64,000 nt of DNA, taken from Candidatus Berkelbacteria bacterium. GTDB taxonomy: Bacteria > Patescibacteriota > UBA1384 > DTJR01. The translations under genes and the position numbers were made by a program. The DNA is taken from positions 8,232-72,231 of the forward strand of contig JAPLVK010000013.1 of the NCBI GenBank assembly GCA_026397175.1, read 5' to 3'. A model generated the notes under the pieces. The model had not been told where the DNA came from, did no database searches, and was given only the letters and a program-made list of their open reading frames with translations. This document shows, in pieces, positions 8,237-17,245 of this stretch. How positions within the stretch are numbered: the stretch's first letter is position 1; every line of letters begins with the position of its first letter.

Positions 8237-9027
8237 AAATTTTCTTTTTTTTCGACTTGTTCGGTTACCTTGGCTGATTCAGCTAAAACTTTATCACGTT
8301 TGCAAATAATATTCAAGGCACTAATTTTTCTATAAACATTTGCAGGTGTTTTCGAGACAACCTCATTACCTATTAATATAGGTAGGGGATTGTCCGATTT
8401 TATTTTTATGATTTTTCCTTTGAAGATGCTTCTGTCGGCAGAGGACTGTTCTTTGCCGGTTAACCAGTTAAAAGCCGATTTAAAAATTGACTTCTCTTGC
8501 AAGTATCTTTCCAGCAAAATGTATAAGTTGTTCGAAATCTCGAGTCGATCTATAATTGCTTCGGCTTTCCAGTGGTCAACTTCCAAAACAATTCTAGTTG
8601 GGTTGGGACATTCAATTCTGGCTGATGACAGAAAATAATGATTTGGTTCAACCAGACCAAGCGTAAATTTTTCAAGCTTTCTAAATTTTAATGTTTCACA
8701 GGCCTCTTCTGCCGATTTGAATCCCCATCTTTCATATAAAATTGAGTTAGGATCCGAGGATATGATTCCGAGTGCTACTGTGTATAGCGCTTTAGCATTT
8801 ATGATCGCGCTGACAATTTTATTAACATGACTATCGTCTCCAACGGCAACAATGGTCGTATAATTTTTTTCAATCGCAATTTGAACCAGTTCTTCGGGCG
8901 ACCTTGCTGGTGAGGCCTGGGCATTTTCACCTTGAATTGAAAACTCGCGAGCTATGTCCCGAATCTTTTCAAAATTTGCCCTTTCGTGAACAGAGTTGGG
9001 CTGCTCAAATATATAGTAGTACATCAA
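8221..9027 (-). CDS. DAGK_cat-fold lipid kinase-like protein with degenerate nucleotide motifs
   Basis: IFEQPNS...VAVGDDSHVN...ALGIISSDPNS match the YegS/DgkA layout, but GGDGT is replaced by GDDSH and GTGND by SDPNS. Confidence 0.5.
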   Translation of the reverse strand: MMYYYIFEQPNSVHERANFEKIRDIAREFSIQGENAQASPARSPEELVQIAIEKNYTTIVAVGDDSHVNKIVSAIINAKALYTVALGIISSDPNSILYERWGFKSAEEACETLKFRKLEKFTLGLVEPNHYFLSSARIECPNPTRIVLEVDHWKAEAIIDRLEISNNLYILLERYLQEKSIFKSAFNWLTGKEQSSADRSIFKGKIIKIKSDNPLPILIGNEVVSKTPANVYRKISALNIICKRDKVLAESAKVTEQVEKKENFWEQK

Positions 9028-9032
9028 AAACC

Positions 9033-9476
9033 CTATTCTTTTTCTTGATCTGCCTCATCCTCTGACTTTTCTTCACCCTGCTGCTTATCGTCATTTTCAC
9101 CATCGTTTTCTTTTTCTGGCAAAAACTCCTCGTTTTCACCCTGTCTATCCGGCATTTGGCATTTGCCAATGAATACCGATCCGGAATGGATTAGAAGATC
9201 CTTGGTCTCGACATTTCCCTTGATAGTTCCGCTTGAATTTAGCTCAATCTTTTCTCCGGCAGTGATTGTGCCGTTAACATAACCCGAAACAATAACTTCT
9301 TTGGCATGTATCGGCCCTTTGACGCGCGCCGACTCCTCAATAATTATTTTTTCATCAGATGATATTTCGCCATCAACACCGCCAAAAACAGTAATATCAC
9401 TGGTGTCTTTAATGGCTCCGGTGAGGTGAACGGATGACCCTACGATTGTGCCAACTTGCTGGCCTGGCTGTTTCAT
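9033..9476 (-). CDS. bactofilin-family cytoskeletal protein with an acidic tail
   Basis: beta-helical repeats (GTIKGNVE, GEKIELNSSG) and an acidic C-terminal tail. Confidence 0.65.
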   Translation of the reverse strand: MKQPGQQVGTIVGSSVHLTGAIKDTSDITVFGGVDGEISSDEKIIIEESARVKGPIHAKEVIVSGYVNGTITAGEKIELNSSGTIKGNVETKDLLIHSGSVFIGKCQMPDRQGENEEFLPEKENDGENDDKQQGEEKSEDEADQEKE

Positions 9477-9581
9477 ATTACTCCTTATTATTTTTATTAA
9501 TTTCTCTTTTGATTGAACTTTAGCACAATAAAAGCCAAAATCAAGAAACTTAACTCAAAAATGGCCGACCAAACAAAGCTA

Positions 9582-9610
9582 TTGATTTGTTATTCTTTTT
9601 GTATTATAAT
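9582..9610 (+). promoter_or_regulatory. sigma70-like promoter for uvrA (TTGATT, 17 nt spacer, TATAAT)
   Basis: -35 at 9582-9587, -10 at 9605-9610, 24 nt before the ATG. Confidence 0.5.
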
Positions 9611-9634
9611 GCCTGCAGCTAATCGAATAATTTT

Positions 9635-12406
9635 ATGAAAAATATAAAAATTACCGGTGCCAGAACACACAACCTTAAAAATATTTCTCTTGAAATTCCA
9701 AAAGAAAAAATTTCGGTCATAAGCGGAATTTCCGGCTCGGGAAAATCTTCTTTGGCGTTTGACACAATTTTTGCCGAAGGCCAAAGACGATATGTCGAAA
9801 ATTTATCTTCGTACGCAAAACAAATTATCGGCGTTATCGAAAAACCGGATGTGGATTCGATAGAAGGCATACCACCGGCTATTTCGATTGACCAAAAAAG
9901 TATTGCTCGCTCACCTCGCTCTACTGTCGGGACACTGACTGAAGGATATGATTATTTACGACTGATATATTCAAGGTTTGGGGAGGTTAGATGTCCATCT
10001 TGCCGAAAAGTAATTTCGGGCGGCTCAAGCAAAAAGGTAGTGGAGGACTCATTGGAATTTATTGAGTCCGTTGATTCAAAAGATAAAAATGTAAGAATTT
10101 TTGCTCCAATGATAAGTGGACTAAAAGGCCAGCATCAATTGGTTTTGGATAAACTCTCAAAGTCCAATTTTAAAGCAATTCGGATTGATTCAAACATTTA
10201 TAAACCATTTGAGATTAAGAACCTGAAACTAGAACAATCCGACCCCCACTCGATAGGGGTCTGGACTTTGGATAAGGACTTTACAAAGATGTCAGTGGAA
10301 AACATAAAGTTAATCGAAAAAGCGATCCTGTTAGCCCTTGATCTGTCTTCGGACACAGTGAAAATTTGTGTGAACAATGAAGAGAAGGCATTTTCTAGCC
10401 ACCCCGGTTGTTTAAAATGTCAAATCAGTTTTCCGCCAATTCAGCCAAGATTGTTTTCATTTAATAGTCCTTATGGCGCATGTACTAAATGCCAAGGGCT
10501 TGGAGTAATTAAAAAAGTCATTCCGAATCTTGTAATCCCAAATGCTCGGCTAACCTTATCCGAAGGAGCAATTAGGCCATGGGCTCGGCTGGCCGGACAA
10601 AACAGCTGGCTCACAAAAACCCTAAATTCATTAGCGCAAAGGAATAATTTTTCTCTAGACACGCCTGTTATGAATTTGGGTGAAAAGGCGTTAAGAGCGA
10701 TTTTGTATGGTGATGCTGAATTTGAAGGAGTGATTAAAAACTTAGAAAAAAAATACAAGGAAACGGACTCCGAATATCTAAGAGGCGAGATAGAGCAGTA
10801 CATGGTCGAGAAAATGTGCGAAAAATGCGAAGGAAAGCGCTTAAACGAATTTGCGCTTTCCGTAACATTTCTGAATAAAAAAATATATGAGCTTTCCGAT
10901 ATGGAAGCCCAAAAGTTAGTGGACTTTATTGAAAAAAATAAGGATAATCTTCCAAACGAATCAAATCAGGCCGTAAACGAGCTTTTAAAACGACTTAAGA
11001 ACTTAATCTCGGTAGGTTTAAGTTATCTTGCTCTGTCCAGAAGTAGCGAAACGCTCTCCGGCGGAGAAGCGCAAAGAATTCGCCTCGGTGTTCAGTTTGA
11101 CTCGTTTTTAAGTGGTGTTTTATATGTTTTGGATGAACCGACAATCGGTCTTCATAATCTTGATACCGAAAAAATGATACATGCCTTTAAAAAATTAAGA
11201 GATGAAGGAAACACGGTAATAATTGTCGAGCACGATAAAACTATCTTGGAATCAGCTGACTATATTTTTGATATGGGTCCGGGCGCTGGAAAAGATGGCG
11301 GTTATCTTATAGCCCAAGGATCACCCGAGGAAATAAAGAAAAATTCAAAATCGGTTACCGGCCCATATTTATCCGGCGAAAAAAATATTCCATACCCTAA
11401 AAAAAGAAGAAAAAAATCGGACTCATTTTTAAAAATAAGCGGCGCACGACATAATAATCTCAAAAATATTGATGTTGAAATTCCGCTTGGACAATTTGTC
11501 GCCGTTTCCGGTGTCTCGGGTTCTGGAAAATCATCTTTAATTTATGATGTACTGGCCAAGGCGCTAGCGCAAAAGTTAAATCGTTCGGAAGAGGAGCCGG
11601 GTGAATTTAAGGAAATTCTTGGGTTTGAAAATTTAAATAAAGTAATTAAAATTGATCAAACCCCGATCGGTAGAACTCCAAGAAGTAATTTGGCAACTTA
11701 TACAGGGATATTTACTCCGATCAGAGAACTTTTTGCCGCAACCAAAGAGGCAAAAAATCATGCTTTTAACGCCAGCCAGTTTAGCTTTAACCTAAAAGGT
11801 GGAAGATGCGAAACATGTCGTGGTGATGGAGTTATTAAAATCGAAATGTATTTTATGCCCGATGTTTATGTTCCTTGTGAGGAATGCAACGGAGAACGGT
11901 ATAATCGTGAAACATTGGATGTTAAGTTTCAAGGAAAGTCGGTTTCGCAGGTTTTAAAAATGAGCGTTGATGAGGCCTCGGATTTTTTTAATGACTTTCC
12001 TGATGTGATGGAGAAAATCACGGTTTTGCAAAAAGTCGGTCTTGGATATTTGCCGCTTGGCCAAAGCGCGACAACGCTGTCAGGTGGAGAAGCGCAAAGA
12101 ATAAAATTGGCCGCAGAGCTCTCGAGACCGTCAACCGGAAAAACCATATATATTTTAGATGAGCCGACAACGGGGTTACACTTTGAAGATATTGGGAAGC
12201 TTTTGGAAATTTTGCAAGAACTTGTCGAAAGGGGAAATACTGTTTTAATAATTGAACACAATACCGATGTTATTAAAAACGCCGATTGGGTTATAGATAT
12301 GGGACCGGAAGGCGGCGAAAAAGGCGGCGAAATTATTGCCGAAGGGACTCCCGAACAAATTGCCAAAAAACCCAAATCAACCATCGGAAAATTCTTAAAA
12401 TTTTAA
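9635..12406 (+). CDS. uvrA: excinuclease ABC subunit A
   Basis: two ABC modules ([28 protein letters not shown] twice) plus zinc-finger cysteines. Confidence 0.97.
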   Translation: MKNIKITGARTHNLKNISLEIPKEKISVISGISGSGKSSLAFDTIFAEGQRRYVENLSSYAKQIIGVIEKPDVDSIEGIPPAISIDQKSIARSPRSTVGTLTEGYDYLRLIYSRFGEVRCPSCRKVISGGSSKKVVEDSLEFIESVDSKDKNVRIFAPMISGLKGQHQLVLDKLSKSNFKAIRIDSNIYKPFEIKNLKLEQSDPHSIGVWTLDKDFTKMSVENIKLIEKAILLALDLSSDTVKICVNNEEKAFSSHPGCLKCQISFPPIQPRLFSFNSPYGACTKCQGLGVIKKVIPNLVIPNARLTLSEGAIRPWARLAGQNSWLTKTLNSLAQRNNFSLDTPVMNLGEKALRAILYGDAEFEGVIKNLEKKYKETDSEYLRGEIEQYMVEKMCEKCEGKRLNEFALSVTFLNKKIYELSDMEAQKLVDFIEKNKDNLPNESNQAVNELLKRLKNLISVGLSYLALSRSSETLSGGEAQRIRLGVQFDSFLSGVLYVLDEPTIGLHNLDTEKMIHAFKKLRDEGNTVIIVEHDKTILESADYIFDMGPGAGKDGGYLIAQGSPEEIKKNSKSVTGPYLSGEKNIPYPKKRRKKSDSFLKISGARHNNLKNIDVEIPLGQFVAVSGVSGSGKSSLIYDVLAKALAQKLNRSEEEPGEFKEILGFENLNKVIKIDQTPIGRTPRSNLATYTGIFTPIRELFAATKEAKNHAFNASQFSFNLKGGRCETCRGDGVIKIEMYFMPDVYVPCEECNGERYNRETLDVKFQGKSVSQVLKMSVDEASDFFNDFPDVMEKITVLQKVGLGYLPLGQSATTLSGGEAQRIKLAAELSRPSTGKTIYILDEPTTGLHFEDIGKLLEILQELVERGNTVLIIEHNTDVIKNADWVIDMGPEGGEKGGEIIAEGTPEQIAKKPKSTIGKFLKF

Positions 12407-12555
12407 CCAGACCTTTTGTAGTCCACGATTGATCTCACTCTCTTCATGTAGCTCAAGCTTTAGCTTGTTTTTTCACACTAAAGTGTGGGCTACAAAATCC
12501 CTGTAGTCCAAGCTTTAGCTTGTTTTACTCACACTAAAGTGTGGACTACAATCCC
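12407..12555. repeat. BIME/REP-like array, locus B: two full units of arm L, 15-nt linker, arm R, 9-nt linker
   Basis: gtagctcaagctttag cttgttttttcaca ctaaagtgtgggctac aaaatccct gtagtccaagctttag cttgttttactcaca ctaaagtgtggactac. Confidence 0.75.
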
Positions 12556-12590
12556 TTGATTTAGAATAGGTTTTATGGTATAAATTAATC

Positions 12591-12951
12591 GCCTAACTAT
12601 TTGAAGTAGCCACCCCCAACGGGGAGGAAAGTCCGGGCGCCGCAGAGTAGAGTACCCATGATAAATGGGCTGCCGTGAGGCAAGGGAATAGTACAACAGA
12701 AAATATACCGCTTGAGCCCTTCGGGGCGAAATCCTGAACGCAGTCGAAGGATTGTTTTCAGGTCGAGCAAGGTTGAAATCGTGCGGTAAGAGCGCACGCT
12801 TTCGGCGGGAAACCGCCGTCTGTGAAAACCCTATTTGGCGCAAGTTGAGTGGACCAATATCATCAATAATGATTACTCGTCAGATGACCGCGGTCTCAAC
12901 GCATAGATAGATGGCTACATAAACAGAACCCGGCTTATCGGATAGTTAGGC
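12591..12951 (+). ncRNA. rnpB: RNase P RNA, bacterial type A
   Basis: GGAGGAAAGTCCGGGC (P4 5' strand), ACAGAAAATATACCGC, GTGCGGTAAGAGCGCAC, ACAGAACCCGGCTTATCGG (P4 3' strand); P1 pairing gcctaactat/atagttaggc. Confidence 0.85.
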
Positions 12952-12962
12952 AAAATTAGTTC

Positions 12963-13053
12963 GTAAAGTAAAAAGTATATAAAGTTCATAAAGTGTTATA
13001 AACGATAGCTACCGGACTTCTACTTTACAAACTTTCAACTTTATAAACTTTTA
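12963..13053. promoter_or_regulatory. about 90-bp imperfect palindrome of phased A-tract pentamers (4x AAAGT, centre, 4x ACTTT at 7-9 bp spacing)
   Basis: read directly; lies between rnpB and the downstream synthase gene. Confidence 0.5.
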
Positions 13054-13063
13054 GACACTTTTT

Positions 13064-13606
13064 ATGCGGATTAATAAGTATCTCGCAGCTTGTGGAATAG
13101 GAAGCCGAAGATCGGTAGAGGGATTAGTAAGATCCGGCAAAATTTTTGTGGACTCAAAAAAAATCACCGATTTATCTTTTCAGGTTGATCCCGAAAAAGA
13201 TCAAGTTGAGTATAAGGGCCAAAAACTTCATATCGAAAATAAGGTTTATTATTTGGTAAATAAACCAAAGGACTTCGTTTCAACCGTTAAGGATATTAAT
13301 GTGAGACATAAAGTTACTTCGCTTGTGCCGAAAGACCAAAGGGTTTTCCCTGTGGGACGGCTCGACAAGGACTCGAGCGGGCTGATAATTTTAACGAATG
13401 ATGGAGAGTTTGCCAAAAATTATTTTAGACCGAAATTTGAGATCGAAAAGGAATATATTGTCGAGGTTAAAAGGCCAACCGAAAATTTAACCGAAATGCT
13501 CGATCAAGCGGTGCGATTTTTTAGATGCGGAATTGTTTTAGATGGTACGAGAACCAAGCCGGCATTTATTAGGGTAATTTCGCAGGATTTAAAAAAGATC
13601 AGTTAG
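13064..13606 (+). CDS. RsuA/RluB-family pseudouridine synthase with S4 domain and catalytic GRLDKDSSG; apparently C-terminally truncated
   Basis: S4 motif, catalytic Asp motif; the ORF stops before the conserved EGRNRQIRRM region. Confidence 0.65.
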   Translation: MRINKYLAACGIGSRRSVEGLVRSGKIFVDSKKITDLSFQVDPEKDQVEYKGQKLHIENKVYYLVNKPKDFVSTVKDINVRHKVTSLVPKDQRVFPVGRLDKDSSGLIILTNDGEFAKNYFRPKFEIEKEYIVEVKRPTENLTEMLDQAVRFFRCGIVLDGTRTKPAFIRVISQDLKKIS

Positions 13607-13688
13607 GATCGGCTCTCTAAAACTCGGCAATATCAAAGAGGGTGAATTTAGAAAATTTGTCCCAGAAAATGCGGGAATGAAACCGTGA
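13593..13688 (+). pseudogene. out-of-frame C-terminal remnant of the pseudouridine synthase (KRSVRIGSLKLGNIKEGEFRKF...)
   Basis: +1-frame translation matches the conserved Rsu C-terminus; about 30 aa of the core are missing. Confidence 0.4.
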
Positions 13689-13799
13689 CAAAATGTCACG
13701 CTTTGAAAATGGTAGCGCCCGATGGCAAAATGCGTCTGACGAATGCCGCTGATACCGAAACAATGCTCCGGCTGGCAAGAAATAATATAAGAAACTAAA

Positions 13800-14870
13800 A
13801 TGACAAACAAATATGATGACATGTCCGAGGAAGAACTGATACAGAAACTCGATCGGGGCTTTATGGGACCAGAAGATTTAAAAGATATAGTTTCTGCCAT
13901 GGAAGCTAAGGGAATGAAAGGTGGATTAATTGGTATTGATGAGGATGATCCGATGTCGGAAAAAGTCGCGAAACAGTACATTGATTACCACAAAAATATA
14001 AGTACCAGCTCTCCGACATCAAGGATGGTCAAAAAGGCAATCAAACAATTATTAATTAAAAACATTACTGATAAGGAAATTAAAGAAATTATCCTCATTT
14101 TGGCTCACTCGGGTAATGTAAAAGCCCTTCGCGCCCTTGAGAAGTTCTCGAAAAAATCAGAGGGTGAATTAAGGCAATGGGCACAAATGGGAATCAGTGA
14201 ATGCAAGATGTTTTTAGAGTCGGAGCTGCTAGATAGGGCCAAAATAAAAGTTGAAGATCTTAGCAACACTAATCAAAGTACTAGCGTCGGAAAGAGCTCT
14301 GCCACCGGTAGATTATTTGAATATTTGTTTAGTAATCAAGAGGAAGTTGAAAAAGCAATCGAAGAATTTTTTGATAATTCATCTATCCCAAAAAACACAA
14401 TTCCTTTTGAAAACGAAGCAGAGGAAGACCTTTTTGCCGATTGGATAGTATTCGATTATCGCCTATCAAGTGGAAGCAAGCTAATCGAAAGTTTTATCAG
14501 GGAGTTTGGCGACGAATTGTCAGAGAAAGACAGAAATAGTTATGAAGAAATGCAATTTAATAAGTATGGCTTGTTTGAAGTTAAACGAATTATGCTTGAC
14601 GAGTGGATCGACCTTGAAAGTATATCTACCTCAAAAGTGTATAGAGTAAAAGAGAAAATGGGAACTTACGGAACTTCCGTTGGGCGTTTACTCATAGGGC
14701 GACTTGGCAAGCAGGACGGACAGTGGCGCATAATTGGCTCAAACCCAATCGAAGTACCTGTACACTTGAGCAAGGGTGCGAAGCAATGTTTTGCCAAAAT
14801 AAAAGATCTATCCCCAAAATTTTTTCGCGGATTCGCAAAGAAGATAAAATATCCCGACCAAAAGCAGTGA
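13800..14870 (+). CDS. hypothetical protein (356 aa)
   Basis: long ORF with no recognisable motif. Confidence 0.5.
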   Translation: MTNKYDDMSEEELIQKLDRGFMGPEDLKDIVSAMEAKGMKGGLIGIDEDDPMSEKVAKQYIDYHKNISTSSPTSRMVKKAIKQLLIKNITDKEIKEIILILAHSGNVKALRALEKFSKKSEGELRQWAQMGISECKMFLESELLDRAKIKVEDLSNTNQSTSVGKSSATGRLFEYLFSNQEEVEKAIEEFFDNSSIPKNTIPFENEAEEDLFADWIVFDYRLSSGSKLIESFIREFGDELSEKDRNSYEEMQFNKYGLFEVKRIMLDEWIDLESISTSKVYRVKEKMGTYGTSVGRLLIGRLGKQDGQWRIIGSNPIEVPVHLSKGAKQCFAKIKDLSPKFFRGFAKKIKYPDQKQ

Positions 14871-15010
14871 ATAACACCCACAAAACGCCCTCCATTCACT
14901 ACTTATTGACAAAAAGGCGTGAATAAAACGATTGTTGTGTCATTGCGAGCTTAGCGAAGCAATCTAATCCGTGCTCCGACACGAAAATCATTTGTCGGAG
15001 AATTGTAGCC

Positions 15011-15055
15011 ATAACCGTGAAAAATGTAATTAATTAAGCCTATTTTCACGGTTAT
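15011..15055. promoter_or_regulatory. perfect 13-bp inverted repeat (ataaccgtgaaaa, 19 nt spacer, ttttcacggttat) abutting the fic -35; operator-like
   Basis: read directly. Confidence 0.5.
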
Positions 15056-15056
15056 A

Positions 15057-15085
15057 TTGACAAAAGCGTTAAAAATGAATACAAT
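15057..15085 (+). promoter_or_regulatory. consensus sigma70 promoter (TTGACA, 17 nt spacer, TACAAT) for the fic-hsd operon
   Basis: -35 at 15057-15062, -10 at 15080-15085. Confidence 0.55.
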
Positions 15086-15128
15086 TAGAGCATAATAATG
15101 AATTTAAAATAATTTAAAAAGCGACATT

Positions 15129-16016
15129 ATGGCAAAAACACTTAATGTTTTCAACAAAATAAGCTCACTTCGCAAAAGATATTATAAAGCGTCCACCGGT
15201 AAAGACGCGCTGGTTAAGCTTATCACTGAAGCCGAAGTGGCCGAGCAGGTCTATAACTCAAATGCGATCGAAAATAGCACTCTAACACTTGAAGAAACCG
15301 AAAAAATACTTATGCAGATCGATCTGGATAGATTTATCAATGAACGAGAAATATTTGAAGCAAAAAATCTGGCGCGAGTCGTATCGTACATCGGCAATAA
15401 GGCCAAAGAGCAAGAACTCAATCTCCCAATGATTTTGCTGCTTCATGAAATGTTGATTTCCAACATTCGCGACGATGTTGCAGGAAGGTTCAGAAAAGAT
15501 AACGAATTTGTTCGCGTTGGCAGTCATATTGCTCCTAACCCAAAAGAGGTGGTGGATCGTCTGTCAAAAATGCTGGCCGAATATAATGCCGCAAGTAACG
15601 AGAATATCATCAAGCGGATTGCAAAATTGCATCTTACTTTTGAATATACACATCCATTTGTCGACGGTAATGGTCGCATTGGCCGCGTTATTAATAATTA
15701 TTTATTGATTCGAGAAGGGTATGTGCCGATAAATATTAAATTTATTGATCGGAAAATGTATTACGAAGCTTTCAGAGAATTTGATTCTAAAGGCGAGACA
15801 GCGGTGATGGAAGAAATTGTCGGTAAAGCTTTGACGAATAGTTATCATAAAAGATTAGCGTATTTGGAAAACAAAAAGATTATTTCTCTTGTCGACCATG
15901 CGAAAAATAACAAAATTTCTCATTCCAATTTGATAAATAAGGCCAACCGTCAGACCATTGAGGCCTTTCTGGAAAAGAATATTTGGAAAATTGGCGTTAA
16001 AAATGATAAAGAATGA
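15129..16016 (+). CDS. fic: Fic-family AMPylator, class II (N-terminal inhibitory motif SNAIEN)
   Basis: HPFVDGNGRIGR Fic motif; [ST]xxxE[GN] inhibitory motif near the N-terminus. Confidence 0.85.
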   Translation: MAKTLNVFNKISSLRKRYYKASTGKDALVKLITEAEVAEQVYNSNAIENSTLTLEETEKILMQIDLDRFINEREIFEAKNLARVVSYIGNKAKEQELNLPMILLLHEMLISNIRDDVAGRFRKDNEFVRVGSHIAPNPKEVVDRLSKMLAEYNAASNENIIKRIAKLHLTFEYTHPFVDGNGRIGRVINNYLLIREGYVPINIKFIDRKMYYEAFREFDSKGETAVMEEIVGKALTNSYHKRLAYLENKKIISLVDHAKNNKISHSNLINKANRQTIEAFLEKNIWKIGVKNDKE

Positions 16017-16178
16017 AAACTTATAAACGAATCAAAAATAAGAGTGAAATATATTGACCCAAACTTAAATAAAAACCCCTTGCCTCCGATATCGAATCCG
16101 CCATCACATTTCAGGAAAAATTCTTCAAGCATAAATTAGTTACAAGACAATGTATGAACAATATTTAAGAAAAAATCA

Positions 16179-17039
16179 TTGCAAAAAATAGGTAATATGA
16201 AAAAGAAAATAATTATCACTCAAGGTTTACAAATATATACATTTCAACAGAACAAAAATGATTATATTTCGTTGACTGATATGGCGAAGTATAAGGATGC
16301 AGAAAGAACTGATTATATTATCCAAAACTGGATGAGAACAATGGATACGATTGAGTTTTTGGGTATTTGGGAGCAGATCAATAATCCTAATTTTAAACCC
16401 ATCGAATTCGATGGGTTTAAAGAAAAAGCTGGTTCTAACAGTTTCTCTCTCACTCCAAAGAGGTGGATCGAAGCGGTAAACGCCATTGGTATGATAAATA
16501 AAGCTGGTCGCTATGGGGGCGGTACTTTCGCCCATAAGGACATTGCATTTGAGTTTGCCACTTGGCTTTCGCCCGAATTCAAACTCTATTTGATTAAGGA
16601 ATTTCAGCGCCTTAAAATCGAGGAGAATGAACGTCTGACTTTAGGTTGGGATGTTAAGCGACAGCTCACCAAAATCAATTACCGCATTCATACCGATGCC
16701 ATTCAAAAAAATCTGATACCAAAAGAAATTTCTAAGACACAAACAAAAATTATTTATGCCTCGGAAGCAGATGTTTTAAATATGGCGTTGTTTGGTTTAA
16801 CTGCCAAGGATTGGAAAGCGAGTAATAAGAGCAAAGCAGGCAATATGCGCGATTATGCGGATGTTTGCCAGCTCGTCGTCTTGGCGAATTTGGAAGGATT
16901 AAATGCTGAATTTATCAGACAGAAATTAACACAACCAGAACGACTCTTAAAATTAAATGAAATTGCTATAATCCAGATGAGTTCTTTGCTGGGCAGCCCA
17001 GGTCTTCAGAAATTAAAGGACAAGAATGCCAATATTTAA
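16179..17039 (+). CDS. KilA-N domain protein (phage-associated)
   Basis: ISLTDMAK...GGGTFAHKDIAFEFATWLSPEFKLY resembles KilA-N. Confidence 0.6.
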   Translation: MQKIGNMKKKIIITQGLQIYTFQQNKNDYISLTDMAKYKDAERTDYIIQNWMRTMDTIEFLGIWEQINNPNFKPIEFDGFKEKAGSNSFSLTPKRWIEAVNAIGMINKAGRYGGGTFAHKDIAFEFATWLSPEFKLYLIKEFQRLKIEENERLTLGWDVKRQLTKINYRIHTDAIQKNLIPKEISKTQTKIIYASEADVLNMALFGLTAKDWKASNKSKAGNMRDYADVCQLVVLANLEGLNAEFIRQKLTQPERLLKLNEIAIIQMSSLLGSPGLQKLKDKNANI

Positions 17040-17060
17040 AATAAACGATTCATACCAGAA

Positions 17061-17243
17061 ATGAAAATTAAAGACACACCAAAAATTAAGAAAGAAATTA
17101 CCCGTCAATGCGCTATCTGCGGGAAGAATATTTTAGTTAAGGTTTTTGTCAATGAAAAGTATATCGGTGGAAATTATTTTTGTGATATCCCAACAGTCGG
17201 AGAATATTGGGAATGTGATAAATGCTACAATAACTGGAAATAA
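17061..17243 (+). CDS. small Cys-rich (zinc-ribbon-like) protein, translationally coupled to hsdM
   Basis: CAIC...C...C..C pattern; stop 3 nt before the hsdM ATG. Confidence 0.4.
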   Translation: MKIKDTPKIKKEITRQCAICGKNILVKVFVNEKYIGGNYFCDIPTVGEYWECDKCYNNWK

Positions 17244-17245
17244 TT

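Noticed and set aside
12529-12843. minus-strand ORFs (104 and 66 aa) at 12529-12843 and 12597-12797
   Set aside because: They lie entirely inside the RNase P RNA gene; high-GC structured RNA generates spurious ORFs.
13683-13699. 17-bp palindrome cgtgaca-aaa-tgtcacg upstream of the 13800 gene
   Set aside because: It is a single short palindrome without a recognisable promoter context; it could be an operator, but the evidence is too thin to call.
13589-13981. 130-aa minus-strand ORF
   Set aside because: It overlaps the pseudouridine synthase C-terminal remnant and the start of the 13800 gene; no RBS; composition-driven.
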